Source of the DNA: Oligoflexales bacterium
Lineage (GTDB): Bacteria; Bdellovibrionota_B; Oligoflexia; Oligoflexales; CAIYRB01
DNA: 64,000 bases
Direction: 5' to 3'
NCBI GenBank assembly: GCA_041736175.1
Contig: JBGSUI010000240.1
Coordinates: 48,415 to 112,414 of the forward strand
The notes beneath the pieces were generated by a model. That model was not told the DNA's origin. It made no database searches and saw nothing but the letters and a program-made list of their open reading frames with translations. A program made the translations under genes and the position numbers. The first letter of the stretch is position 1; every line of letters begins with the position of its first letter. Of the stretch, positions 9,884 to 19,542 are shown piece by piece.

Positions 9884-11086
9884 ATGGCAGCAGTCATCCA
9901 AGAGTCAGGGACCTCTCTCCATGCGGCCGATCCCCAGACTCTGAAACTAGACCTCAAATTAGTCGATAGCGCTGCGATTGCAGCCCATCCTGGGGATCAC
10001 CCGGAGCTAGACCGCAAAGCTGAGGATTTTGTAAAAGCCCTTGTGAGCCTTAATCCTGGGGATGAAACGTCGCGGGCATCCGCCAAAAGTTCGGTAGAAA
10101 CCATCGGTTTTGACCTGCAAAAAGAAGCAGCTCGGCAGAGTGAGATGCTTAAACAGCCCCTCAATGCCCTCGCCAAAAAAAGCGAGGATGGTGGTGAAGT
10201 GGCCAAATCTTTGATCGACCTAAAGATGCAAGTTGAAGACCTCGATCCAGGGAAAATAGACCTTGAGGCTGGTTGGTTTTCAAGGACCGTAGGCTTAATC
10301 CCAGGTATCGGAAATCCCCTCAAACGATACTTCTCAAAATATGAATCCGCCCAGACGACCATCGGTGCGATCATTCGTAGCTTGGAGAATGGCCGGGACC
10401 AGCTTAAAAGGGACAATATAACCTTAAGCCAAGATCAAAAAAGGATGCGTGAACTAACCATTAAGATCGAGTCGACGATCAAGCTGGGGCAGCTCGTCGA
10501 TCAAAAACTCGAATATTTGGCAGATCGAGAACTAGCAGCCGATCAGGTCAAACAAAAATTTGTTCGTGAAGAGCTGCTTTTTGCCGTAAGACAAAGGCTT
10601 ATGGATCTGCAGCAACAGCTCGCCGTCAACCAACAAGGCGTCTTAGCGACGGAGATCATTATCCGCAACAACCAAGAGTTGGTCCGAGGCGTAGAGCGTG
10701 CCCTTAACGTGACGGTTTCGGCACTCCAAGTCGCCGTGACGGTGGCGATGGCCTTAGCTAACCAAAAAATCGTCCTCGATAAAATCTCGGCGATCAACCA
10801 AACCACCTCAAATCTTATCGCAGGCACGGCCCAACGACTAAAAACCCAAGGCGCAGAGATTCACAAACAAGCAGCATCGACCACGATCGATATGGAGGCT
10901 TTAAAAGGGGCTTTTATCGATATCAATGCAGCCATGGAGGATATATCTAGTTTCCGCTCTAAAGCACTCCCGCAGATGGCAAACACGATTATAGAAATGG
11001 ACCAGTTAACCTCGCAGGCCAACGCTTCGATCGTCAAGATGGAAAAAGGAAACCGTGCAAAGCCGTCCATAACTTTAGATGTCTAA
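9884..11086 (+). CDS. Toxic anion resistance protein (TelA/KlaA family)
   Basis: YFSKYESAQTTI, QLKRDNITL, RQRLMDLQQQLAV, IIRNNQELVRGVERA; AAGGAG RBS. Confidence 0.9.
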   Translation: MAAVIQESGTSLHAADPQTLKLDLKLVDSAAIAAHPGDHPELDRKAEDFVKALVSLNPGDETSRASAKSSVETIGFDLQKEAARQSEMLKQPLNALAKKSEDGGEVAKSLIDLKMQVEDLDPGKIDLEAGWFSRTVGLIPGIGNPLKRYFSKYESAQTTIGAIIRSLENGRDQLKRDNITLSQDQKRMRELTIKIESTIKLGQLVDQKLEYLADRELAADQVKQKFVREELLFAVRQRLMDLQQQLAVNQQGVLATEIIIRNNQELVRGVERALNVTVSALQVAVTVAMALANQKIVLDKISAINQTTSNLIAGTAQRLKTQGAEIHKQAASTTIDMEALKGAFIDINAAMEDISSFRSKALPQMANTIIEMDQLTSQANASIVKMEKGNRAKPSITLDV

Positions 11087-11113
11087 TCGTTAAAACATAA
11101 GGAGAGTGAGTCT

Positions 11114-12184
11114 ATGGTAACGCGTTTTTTGAGTAAAGTAATCGCTTCGGCAGCCCTTTTGGGGATCATAGGATTTTCCTCACGATCGGATGCAAATCCA
11201 AATCAAAAAGATTTTAATGTTTGCTGGTCCCATTATACGGGCTGGGAACCTTGGGCCTATGCGGAATCTTCGGGAATCCTTAAAAAATGGGCTGATAAGT
11301 ACAGCATTTCCATTAAACTAACCCTGATTAATGACTACGTGGAGTCTATCAATCTCTACACCGCCGGCAAATACGATGCCTGTACCATGACCAACATGGA
11401 TGCGCTGACCATTCCAGCGGCCGGGGGTGTGGATTCCACGGCACTGGTTATCGGCGACTTTTCTAATGGCAACGATGGAATCATCGCCAAAGGAGCGAGT
11501 GACCTTAAGGAGCTTAAGGGCAAAAATATTAAATTAGTCGAACTCTCGGTGTCCCATTACCTTTTAGCTAGAGCTCTGGAAACGGTCAGATTAAAAGAAT
11601 CCGACGTCAAGGTTATCAACACCAGCGATGCTGATATCGGCGGAGTCTTTACGTCCGAAAAATCCGGAGTGGCCGTCACCTGGAACCCCATTTTGATGCA
11701 ACTAAAGGCCGGCCAAGGGGTTAAGGAACTCTTTAATTCTTCCAAGATCCCCGGTGAAATCATCGACCTTATGGTGGTCAAGACGGTTGCTCCAGAAAGT
11801 CTTAAAAAAGCCCTGGTCGGAGCCTGGTACGATGTGATGGCGATCCTGAATGGCAGCGGATCTCAAACAGATGCCGCTTTAGCATCCATGGCCAAAACCG
11901 CTGGGGGTTCGGTCCAGGAGTTTAAAGATCAGCTTAAAACCACCGCCATGTTTTACAAGGCCAGCGATGCCGTCGCTTTTGCAAAAAGTGGAGATCTTAA
12001 AAAAACCATGGACCAGGTCCGGAGCTTTTCCTTTGAAAAGGGTCTTTTTGGCAAAGGAGCAAAATCCAAAGATGACATCGGCATCATCTTTCCAGATGGC
12101 AGCATCCTAGGATCTAAAACCAATATCAAGCTCAGATTTGATAGCACCTTTATGCAGCAACTAGCCTCTTCAGGCCAACTCTAA
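11114..12184 (+). CDS. ABC substrate-binding protein of the urea-carboxylase-associated (urea/guanidine) type
   Basis: WSHYTGWEPW, INDYVESINLYTAG, TNMDALTIPAAGGVDST, IPGEIIDLMVV. Confidence 0.85.
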   Translation: MVTRFLSKVIASAALLGIIGFSSRSDANPNQKDFNVCWSHYTGWEPWAYAESSGILKKWADKYSISIKLTLINDYVESINLYTAGKYDACTMTNMDALTIPAAGGVDSTALVIGDFSNGNDGIIAKGASDLKELKGKNIKLVELSVSHYLLARALETVRLKESDVKVINTSDADIGGVFTSEKSGVAVTWNPILMQLKAGQGVKELFNSSKIPGEIIDLMVVKTVAPESLKKALVGAWYDVMAILNGSGSQTDAALASMAKTAGGSVQEFKDQLKTTAMFYKASDAVAFAKSGDLKKTMDQVRSFSFEKGLFGKGAKSKDDIGIIFPDGSILGSKTNIKLRFDSTFMQQLASSGQL

Positions 12185-12197
12185 ACAAGGTTTCCCC

Positions 12198-13088
12198 ATG
12201 ACCACAAGCGTCAAAGCCACAGAACCTGCGACTTTCCATCGAACCAAACCCTTGGTGAAAGTTGGATGGAAGGCCCAGATTTGGGGCCTTGACGCACAAC
12301 CAGGACCGATCTTAACGGTGGTCTTAGGGGCCTTACCGTTTTTACTTTTGATTGGGGTCTATGTATTCGCCTCCCATCTGCGGCATCTGGACAATCCGAG
12401 CGATAAGCTATTGCCTAGTCTCACCCAGATGTTTGAAGCTATGAAAACTATGGCTCTTGAGGAAGATCCTCGTAGCGGCAGTATCCTTTTATGGCTCGAT
12501 ACCACCCAGAGTCTGGTCAGGATTGGGACTGGAATGGCTGCCGCCGGGCTGGCTGGACTCTTAACAGGGGTCCATCTGGGGGTTTTTGCCCAGTGGCGGG
12601 CGGGGTTTTTGCCCCTGGTCACCTTTATGTCAATCATCCCGCCGCTGGCGTTGTTACCCATCTTGTTTATCGTTTTTGGGGTCGATGAGTTCGCCAAAAT
12701 TGCGCTTATTTTTATAGGGGTCTATCCGATTATTGCTAGGGACATCTTTGGTGCCGTCGCCAAACTTCCTGCTGAGCAAAGGACAAAGTCCCAGACCCTT
12801 GGGGCTGACGGAATCGCCTATTTATATTGGGTGGTCATGCCCCAGGTGTTGCCTCGCCTGGTAGAGACAGTGCGGTTAAGCATGGGCAGTGCATGGTTGT
12901 TCTTGATTGCATCCGAAGCGATCGCTGCCGATGCTGGACTGGGATACCGCATTTTCCTGGTCCGTCGTTATCTATCGATGGATATTATTATCCCCTATGC
13001 TTTGTGGATTACTCTTTTAGGATTTTCTCTGGATTATATCCTTAAATCTGTCAATAAAAAATGGTTTAAGTGGTACGTTTGGACCTAG
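12198..13088 (+). CDS. ABC transporter permease (SsuC/TauC-like)
   Basis: Multiple TM segments; IPPLALLP; WLFLIASE...GLGYRI. Confidence 0.9.
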   Translation: MTTSVKATEPATFHRTKPLVKVGWKAQIWGLDAQPGPILTVVLGALPFLLLIGVYVFASHLRHLDNPSDKLLPSLTQMFEAMKTMALEEDPRSGSILLWLDTTQSLVRIGTGMAAAGLAGLLTGVHLGVFAQWRAGFLPLVTFMSIIPPLALLPILFIVFGVDEFAKIALIFIGVYPIIARDIFGAVAKLPAEQRTKSQTLGADGIAYLYWVVMPQVLPRLVETVRLSMGSAWLFLIASEAIAADAGLGYRIFLVRRYLSMDIIIPYALWITLLGFSLDYILKSVNKKWFKWYVWT

Positions 13089-13104
13089 GTGGAGAATTTC
13101 TATA

Positions 13105-14013
13105 GTGAATCAAAAACAACCTTTTGATGCCGACAAAAAATTGATCAGTGTCAAAGACGTCTATAAGTCTTACGGACCTAAGCTGGTCTTAGATGATATC
13201 GATCTCCACGTAAAGGCTGGGGAATTGTGCACGGTCGTTGGGCCGAGTGGCTGTGGCAAAAGCACGCTGTTAAGGTTGATTTTAGGCCAAGAAAAGCCTA
13301 CCCAGGGAGCTGTCTATTTCGAAGAAAATCTCGTCGACAGGGCTCGACCAGATAGGGGAATCGTCTACCAAAAATATAGTTTATTTCCCCACCTCTCGGT
13401 GCTTTCTAACGTGCTCTTAGGCAAGCGGTTTATGTTGGGTTGGGGCGCCTGGTTAAGTCAGAAAAGATCACTGGAAGAAGCCGCTCTCCAGCTCCTCAAG
13501 CGTATGCGTTTAGAGGCACACGCCCATAAATACCCCCATGAACTCTCAGGTGGGATGCAGCAGCGCGTTGCTATAGCCCAAGCCCTGATGACCCGGCCGA
13601 AAGTCCTCCTAATGGACGAGCCTTTTGGGGCCTTAGATCCTGGGACCCGGGAGGATATGCAGCTTTACCTGCTGGAGCTTTGGGAAGAAACCCGGATGAC
13701 CATATTTTTTGTGACCCATGATCTTGAGGAGGCAGCCTACCTAGGGACCAGGCTCCTCGTAGTGTCCCAATTTTACGAGGATGACCGGGGCCGAGATTTT
13801 GCCAGGGGTGCAAAAATCGTCGGTGATCATGCTTTAGAGCGGACCGCATTGTCCACAAAGGTCAAGGAGTCTTCGAAATTTGTAGAATTTGTGGCGAGGA
13901 TTCGCTCCGAAGGGTTTGACCCTCACACCAAGCGGCATATCCGGGATTTTAACCTCAACCACTCCGATTCCTTCCGCACGGTTTCTAATCAAGAATGGGC
14001 TAACCAACCCTGA
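13105..14013 (+). CDS. ABC transporter ATP-binding protein
   Basis: Walker [24 protein letters not shown]. Confidence 0.95.
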   Translation: MNQKQPFDADKKLISVKDVYKSYGPKLVLDDIDLHVKAGELCTVVGPSGCGKSTLLRLILGQEKPTQGAVYFEENLVDRARPDRGIVYQKYSLFPHLSVLSNVLLGKRFMLGWGAWLSQKRSLEEAALQLLKRMRLEAHAHKYPHELSGGMQQRVAIAQALMTRPKVLLMDEPFGALDPGTREDMQLYLLELWEETRMTIFFVTHDLEEAAYLGTRLLVVSQFYEDDRGRDFARGAKIVGDHALERTALSTKVKESSKFVEFVARIRSEGFDPHTKRHIRDFNLNHSDSFRTVSNQEWANQP

Positions 14014-14018
14014 GGCAC

Positions 14019-14492
14019 GTGCAGCGGATCGATGAAACCCGCCTTCTGATCGGCACCTCCTTAAATCCAGATCTGTCAAAAATAACCATGAGAGAACCCA
14101 GAGTCATATCACTCAATGAGCAGACTGGGGAACTAAACGAAATTGTGATCAACAAACATTTGTCAGGGACCTCTCTACCACGCAACCACATTTCAGAGTC
14201 TCTAAGTATAAGTCTCGATAAGCGCCGAAAGCGTTTTGCTGTGACTCTCCCCTATAATGAAGCAGTCGTCTTTCTTGATCTTAATACTTTCAAGATTTTG
14301 GGTGCCCATAAAATGCAGCAGCCTGTAGGCATAGATCTTACTCCGGATGAGCGATATTACATAGTCAGTTGTAAAAACCGCAATCCAGGTTTGAGATTTA
14401 TTGATGCAGAAACCATGGTCGAAGCGCCGGAATTAGCCATGAATCTGGAGTACGAACATTTAGCTCACGGTTCCTTTGTACCCCTAATATGA
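14019..14492 (+). pseudogene. Probable C-terminal remnant of a beta-propeller protein
   Basis: No clear RBS; propeller-like blades (AVVFLDLNT, PVGIDLTPDERYYIVS). Confidence 0.4.
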
Positions 14493-14582
14493 CTTTGGCA
14501 TTTTTAATGACTCTCATGGAGCATTTAGTGCGACCTTGACGGACCCCTTTAGGGAAGGAGAAGAAGACACGGAAACCCCTGT

Positions 14583-15098
14583 TCAAGTTTCGGCTTCAAA
14601 AATCTCTTCGATGAAAAACTGGGTCTTTGGTGGGATTTGAGTTTTAGGATAATAGTCTTGGACTATATTAAACACAGCTATGGCTAGGGTAAGCTTCAAG
14701 AATTTAATCAGGAAAATAACATCGTCGCGATCTGATGTATCCCATCTTGCGCTGATGCATTTCATCGCTAGCATGTAGCGCGCTTCTGGAGCCCAAACGA
14801 GAAGATTAGAGAATTTAGCAACATTTTCCCGGGTAAAATGATTGGTCATAAAGGCCTTGGCGCCGTCGTTTAACCAATCTTCTGGCAAACCTCTTTGCGC
14901 AGCTATTTTTGCAGCCGCGCGACGAATGAATTGACTGGGCTCGAAAATCCCATCGACATCGCGTGTTGCCACGCGTGCATTATAGACAAGGCACATCACG
15001 GCACCCCCAACAATGCCGATCTCACCATTTTGCCCTTCCTGGCGCAGTTCTTCATTAAGCGCACTCAAACAATCCAATATTTGATCGCGAGTAAGCAT
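14583..15098 (-). CDS. Nucleotidyltransferase (DUF6036-like), putative TA toxin
   Basis: IVGGAVM...RVATRDVDG, DWLND, YMLAMK. Confidence 0.8.
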   Translation of the reverse strand: MLTRDQILDCLSALNEELRQEGQNGEIGIVGGAVMCLVYNARVATRDVDGIFEPSQFIRRAAAKIAAQRGLPEDWLNDGAKAFMTNHFTRENVAKFSNLLVWAPEARYMLAMKCISARWDTSDRDDVIFLIKFLKLTLAIAVFNIVQDYYPKTQIPPKTQFFIEEIFEAET

Positions 15099-15100
15099 AT

Positions 15101-15661
15101 TTAAACTCTCCTGAGAAAGTTTTCATGGACAAAAATATTATTTCGACGAAACTCCGGCGGAGATTCCAGCAGCGCCATTGCTTTCAACGACTGCATACCA
15201 GAGACAAACCAAGGTCGATCGAGAAAGTGCTCACGTTGCGCCCATAAAGGCAGGTTGACCCCAGTCTCATAACACAAAGCGCTGGTTATCGACGCAAAGA
15301 GCGCGTGCAATTTTTGGTCCAGCCCCGGGACCGGTGCTAGCAAGATCAATCGAACATCACAGGTTCGTCTAAATTCATCCACGAAGTTCATAAAGTGGAT
15401 TTTCCACGAGTCAAAACCATCGCGAAGGACAGCCAAGGAGACAGCAACGCTGGAACATTCGCTTGCTGGAGGTGCTTCTGGAACGAATTCGAGTAAGACC
15501 TGACGATTCAATATCATAGCCATTTTTTCAAGATGAATGACTTTAGCGTGTCGAGGTTCCGCTTCGCATCTGCGGAGTGTCTCCCGTGAAATCCCCGCAG
15601 CCATTGCAAGCTCCCGTTCACTCAGCTTTTGCGACTTTCTAAGATTGGTAAGTAACGACAT
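15101..15661 (-). CDS. XRE-family HTH protein, partner of the nucleotidyltransferase
   Basis: LRKSQKLSERELAMAAGISRETLRRCE; C-terminal PWF...SPPEFRRNNIFV. Confidence 0.8.
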   Translation of the reverse strand: MSLLTNLRKSQKLSERELAMAAGISRETLRRCEAEPRHAKVIHLEKMAMILNRQVLLEFVPEAPPASECSSVAVSLAVLRDGFDSWKIHFMNFVDEFRRTCDVRLILLAPVPGLDQKLHALFASITSALCYETGVNLPLWAQREHFLDRPWFVSGMQSLKAMALLESPPEFRRNNIFVHENFLRRV

Positions 15662-15698
15662 CGCAGCCTCCATTTTCTCTTTGTTACTATCGGCGCGA

Positions 15699-15743
15699 TT
15701 GGTCTAAAAATCAAGGCATCCCTGGTCTATTTTTTTAGACCAA
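15699..15743. promoter_or_regulatory. Palindromic operator of the XRE/NTase pair
   Basis: TTGGTCTAAAAA...TTTTTAGACCAA inverted repeat, with a third TGGTCTA half-site at 15723. Confidence 0.6.
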
Positions 15744-15845
15744 AATATCTATATTCAATACAGTAGATTACCTTTAATAGGCAAGGTTCTCTACTGATTA
15801 ACTGGTGGATTTCGTCGACTGCTCCCTGTCAGAAAACCTAGAGTG

Positions 15846-15867
15846 GCTGGACCTGGAAAGCCTTTGA
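15846..15867 (+). repeat. 22-bp direct repeat, left copy
   Basis: GCTGGACCTGGAAAGCCTTTGA, identical to 16646-16667. Confidence 0.9.
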
Positions 15868-15870
15868 CTA

Positions 15871-16644
15871 CAAGAGCTGGATCAAGCCTTGTTCCATGGA
15901 ACTTCCATTGGTGGTGCGCGTCCCAAGGCTCTCATCGAAGACCAAGGAATCAAATACGTCGCAAAATTTTCCTCAAGTTCCGATCTATACAGTATCGTGA
16001 AAGCTGAATTTATCGCCATGCAACTCGCTGTCGCCGCCGGAATCAATGCGGCCCCCACAAAGCTTGTCCAGGTCGCAAAAAAAGAAATTCTCCTTATCGA
16101 GCGATTTGATCGGGAAAAAGCCACACATGGATGGGAGCGCAAATCCATGATTTCGGCTCTAACACTCTTTGGTCTTGATGAAATGATGGCGCGCTATGCC
16201 AGCTATGAAACATTCGCAGAAATCATCCGTCTTCGTTTCGACCATCCAAAAGAAACCCTTAAGGAACTTTTTTCTCGTCTCACCTTCAATATTCTCTGCG
16301 GCAATACCGATGACCACGCTCGCAACCATGCAGCCTTTTGGGATGGGAAAACACTGCGTTTGACCCCAGCATACGATATTTGCCCGCAACACCGTTCAGG
16401 TTCTGAAGCGACACAAGCTATGCTTATTTACGATGACCATAGGTTGAGCAAACTTACAACATGCCTTAAGGCTGCACCTCATTTCCTCCTTTCGGAAGTT
16501 GAAGCCAAAACAATTTTTACGAGACAACGGGAAGCTATCCAAGACAATTGGGCCAAGGTATGCGACATGGCAAACCTGAGCTTGGTTGAGAGAAACCTAT
16601 TTTGGAAGCGTCAATTCTTAAACCCTTTTGCCTTTGAGGACTAG
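15871..16644 (+). pseudogene. hipA: 5'-truncated HipA-family kinase toxin
   Basis: GTSIGGARPKA, IERFDR, GNTDDHARNH, LTPAYDI. N-terminal domain, RBS and hipB are absent. Confidence 0.8.
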
Positions 16645-16645
16645 C

Positions 16646-16667
16646 GCTGGACCTGGAAAGCCTTTGA
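16646..16667 (+). repeat. 22-bp direct repeat, right copy
   Basis: Identical to 15846-15867; begins 2 nt after the hipA stop. Confidence 0.9.
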
Positions 16668-16772
16668 TCACTCTAGGGGCCTTTTTAGCCCGTGATCTCA
16701 CCATCGATATAAGTCTAGAGCGGAATCATGAGACTGACCAACCTATAGGCCAAAAGACCGGTGCCACGTGCA

Positions 16773-17597
16773 TCAATCGGACCAAGAAAAGAGATCAAAT
16801 GTCATCTGATAGACTCGATCGGACCGGCTCTCCCGAACTTGGTCCTCGGTTTCTCGCAGGACTTGTAGAAGTCGCTCACGGATCGTTCGCTCGGTCCCGT
16901 GGCTCGCCGAAAAAACCACCGAAATGAATTGGCCTTGGTCTGAGGGCATGCTCTGCATCTTGGCCAGAGCCTTGTTTCGGAGTAAGAGGCGGTAGGGTCG
17001 AAAAAGTTCGGATGAAGTCGGTAGATGGAGCGCATCCTGGAGAACCTCAATGCTTTTGCCGCGAATGGCGACCAGTTCAAGACGCTCAAGCGTAGTGAGT
17101 ATGGCACTCAGTTGGGCAGGGCTTAAGGACAGCTTTGACCTTATATCTTCGAGATTTTCCCGGTACCGTTTGACCGTCAGAAACATGTGGACCAGCTGAA
17201 CGTCCGGGTCCAAAAAATAGGGCACCAGTCGATCTGCTGTATCCACGGACACTGACTTTGTCTGGATGTGCTTTTCGGTTCCCAGAGCCTTGGTCCGCAG
17301 GTCCTCGATCTCGGACTGAAGCTCTGAGCGACGCTTAGGCAAAGTCGATCTGCAAAGCTCGTGCAACGCGAAAACAAACCGGCGTTGATCCTGATGGATG
17401 CCGAGAAACTCGCACGCCAGATAGAGCTGGTCTTGGCTCAAGTCGGCATCGTGTTTGAAAACTCGCGACAAATAGGCCTTTTGAACCCGACATGCTTTGG
17501 CCAAGTCTTGGTAGTTGTGACCCGCGAGCAGGATGCGCTTTTCTTCAATACGCACCTTCAGCAGATCACGGTAGTCACTGAAGTCGTAGAATTGCAC
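16773..17597 (-). CDS. TIGR02147-like protein (XRE-HTH plus DUF4423-like domain), copy 1
   Basis: FYDFSDYRDLL, LAKACRVQKAYLSRVF...LSQDQ, C-terminal VYQMTFDLF; GTG start at 17597 preferred. Confidence 0.8.
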   Translation of the reverse strand: MQFYDFSDYRDLLKVRIEEKRILLAGHNYQDLAKACRVQKAYLSRVFKHDADLSQDQLYLACEFLGIHQDQRRFVFALHELCRSTLPKRRSELQSEIEDLRTKALGTEKHIQTKSVSVDTADRLVPYFLDPDVQLVHMFLTVKRYRENLEDIRSKLSLSPAQLSAILTTLERLELVAIRGKSIEVLQDALHLPTSSELFRPYRLLLRNKALAKMQSMPSDQGQFISVVFSASHGTERTIRERLLQVLRETEDQVRESRSDRVYQMTFDLFSWSD

Positions 17598-17745
17598 TGG
17601 TCTAGGCCCTTCGGAACGGTATACTAAAAGTACAAAGTTGGTCCTGTAGTTGATATATATTATATCTACAGACGCCCGGCTACACGTTATATTAGGGAGT
17701 AGGAATAGCAACGCGAAATGACGACAACTAATTTAAGGAGGATGT

Positions 17746-18903
17746 ATGCGCAGGCTGCTTTTGAGTTTTTGGACCATGTTGATGGGAGCGAACGCCGCTC
17801 TTGCCGGGGGCTGGGTTATTGGTGGTGGAGAGGTGTTGCAGGACGCCTATAACCCGTGGTTTATCCAAAACACCTCGGACGTGTCCTATTGCGTTCAGAT
17901 TGACCCCAATGCCTTCCATCTCCCTCAAAACTTGGCTGAGATGCGGGTACGGCAGGCGCTTGACTACTGGAAGGACGAGTTTTCCCGTTCGGTCTCGATG
18001 AACGTCAACGGAATGCCGGTGCAGGTTGCAACGCAGAGTTTTCATTTAGTCAACTGTCTAGCGGGGGCGGACATCACATTCCAATTGGGTTGGCTGACGG
18101 ACAGTCAAAAGACCCAGATCGGTGATCCCACGCATTTCGTGGCCACAACCGTCCGGACTTACTATGACAGGGTAAACCTCAAGGGCAAAGGCTTTATCTA
18201 CGTCGCCGCTGACTCCGGGCCGCTCAAGCCATCCAGCAATCAGATCGCGGCAATGCCGTGGAACCTCGCTGATGGCGGTCTCCTCTACCGGGTTCTCGTG
18301 CACGAACTTGGCCACGTCTTCGGGCTAGTCGACTCGGCAAGCTTACCTAATTCGCTCCAAGGTACGGGCATGATGAGCGGGGCCTATCCTGAATATATGC
18401 TCAATAAACAGTGGGCTGCGAGGGGGGCAGAAGACTTACGAATGCCAAACTACTTTAAATCTAACGCTGACGGCCTCATGAGCATCATGGTATCTTGCAG
18501 CGGAGGACAACTCCAAGCGACAAAAGCAGCATTTTACGGCATCAACCCAACTTGGAAATGTCTCACAATTGACTATCAGCCTGGCAAGATGACAGTCCTG
18601 GCAGCTGCGGACGACGATGGGGAAACCAATACGTATCAGATGGTTGGTACCGCGATCCTCGATGGCGCTAAGTCCTTTCGGTTGGAAAACTCCATTCTTG
18701 TTTGGCTTCCGCCCGAGCAAATTGTGTTCCCTAACCCCGAGCAGAACATATACACATGGGGTCCGATGATCGTTTACGAAACAGTGAAGGGAATCTATAG
18801 GTCAGTTGACGGCAAGATCACCAGACCCGTCCTTGTGACGATGCCGCTCAATGAAACTAGGGGGAGTGTCATCGGCGTCATGGACGGACAGTTGTGGCCA
18901 TGA
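17746..18903 (+). CDS. Secreted zinc metalloprotease (metzincin-like), copy 1
   Basis: Signal peptide; HELGHVFGLVD followed by Met-turn-like GMM; AAGGAGG RBS. Confidence 0.8.
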   Translation: MRRLLLSFWTMLMGANAALAGGWVIGGGEVLQDAYNPWFIQNTSDVSYCVQIDPNAFHLPQNLAEMRVRQALDYWKDEFSRSVSMNVNGMPVQVATQSFHLVNCLAGADITFQLGWLTDSQKTQIGDPTHFVATTVRTYYDRVNLKGKGFIYVAADSGPLKPSSNQIAAMPWNLADGGLLYRVLVHELGHVFGLVDSASLPNSLQGTGMMSGAYPEYMLNKQWAARGAEDLRMPNYFKSNADGLMSIMVSCSGGQLQATKAAFYGINPTWKCLTIDYQPGKMTVLAAADDDGETNTYQMVGTAILDGAKSFRLENSILVWLPPEQIVFPNPEQNIYTWGPMIVYETVKGIYRSVDGKITRPVLVTMPLNETRGSVIGVMDGQLWP

Positions 18904-19169
18904 ACATCCACCGAAGTTGGTCGCGCCAAAATAGCTGTGTTTTTCCGTTCTCAAAACCTTGTCAATGATTTTTAAGATATTTACAGATGACACCACTTCT
19001 GCGGCAGCTTAGCGTCGCGCAGCAATTTTTGCTGAACCTGCCGCAAGTGACATCACCGTCCCCTCCAAGCCCAGCCACTCCCTGCCGGCACGCAAAAAAC
19101 CCTCGAAAAACATACCCAGAATCCAAGGTACTGAAGCACGGGTCATGCAAAATCGGCAAACCTGGACAA

Positions 19170-19445
19170 TCAGATCGAACAAAACCCAAGCCACCATCGG
19201 CGCCGCTGCCGCTGTATTAGTGGTCATAAAAGCCAGGACGGCCGTCTCATTGGCAGCTAAGGGCCCGACCCAAGAGGACCACATCAGCACTCCCTTCTTC
19301 TATGATTTGCTGGGCAGCCGCTGGAGTTTGGATCTGACCCACGGCCATGGATGCGATGGATTGGGTCAGGGAGTTTGACTGTTTCACCGCGCGGGCAAAG
19401 GGCACCTGGTACAGGGGTTGATCCCCTGGAATCTGCGCATGGGGC
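19170..19445 (-). pseudogene. Fused fragments of an NADH:flavin oxidoreductase (YqjM/NamA type) and an ammonium transporter (Amt)
   Basis: PLYQVPFARAVK...MAVGQI...IIEEGSADVVLLGRAL abutting LAANETAVLAFMTTNTAAAAPMVAWVLFD. Confidence 0.7.
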
Positions 19446-19542
19446 ACCGTGCCCCCCCCATCGCACTCATCAATTTAGTGGATGACCAAAGGAAGTGGTT
19501 TAAAGCCAAAATAGATCTTGAGGCAAAACAGACCTGCTAGAA

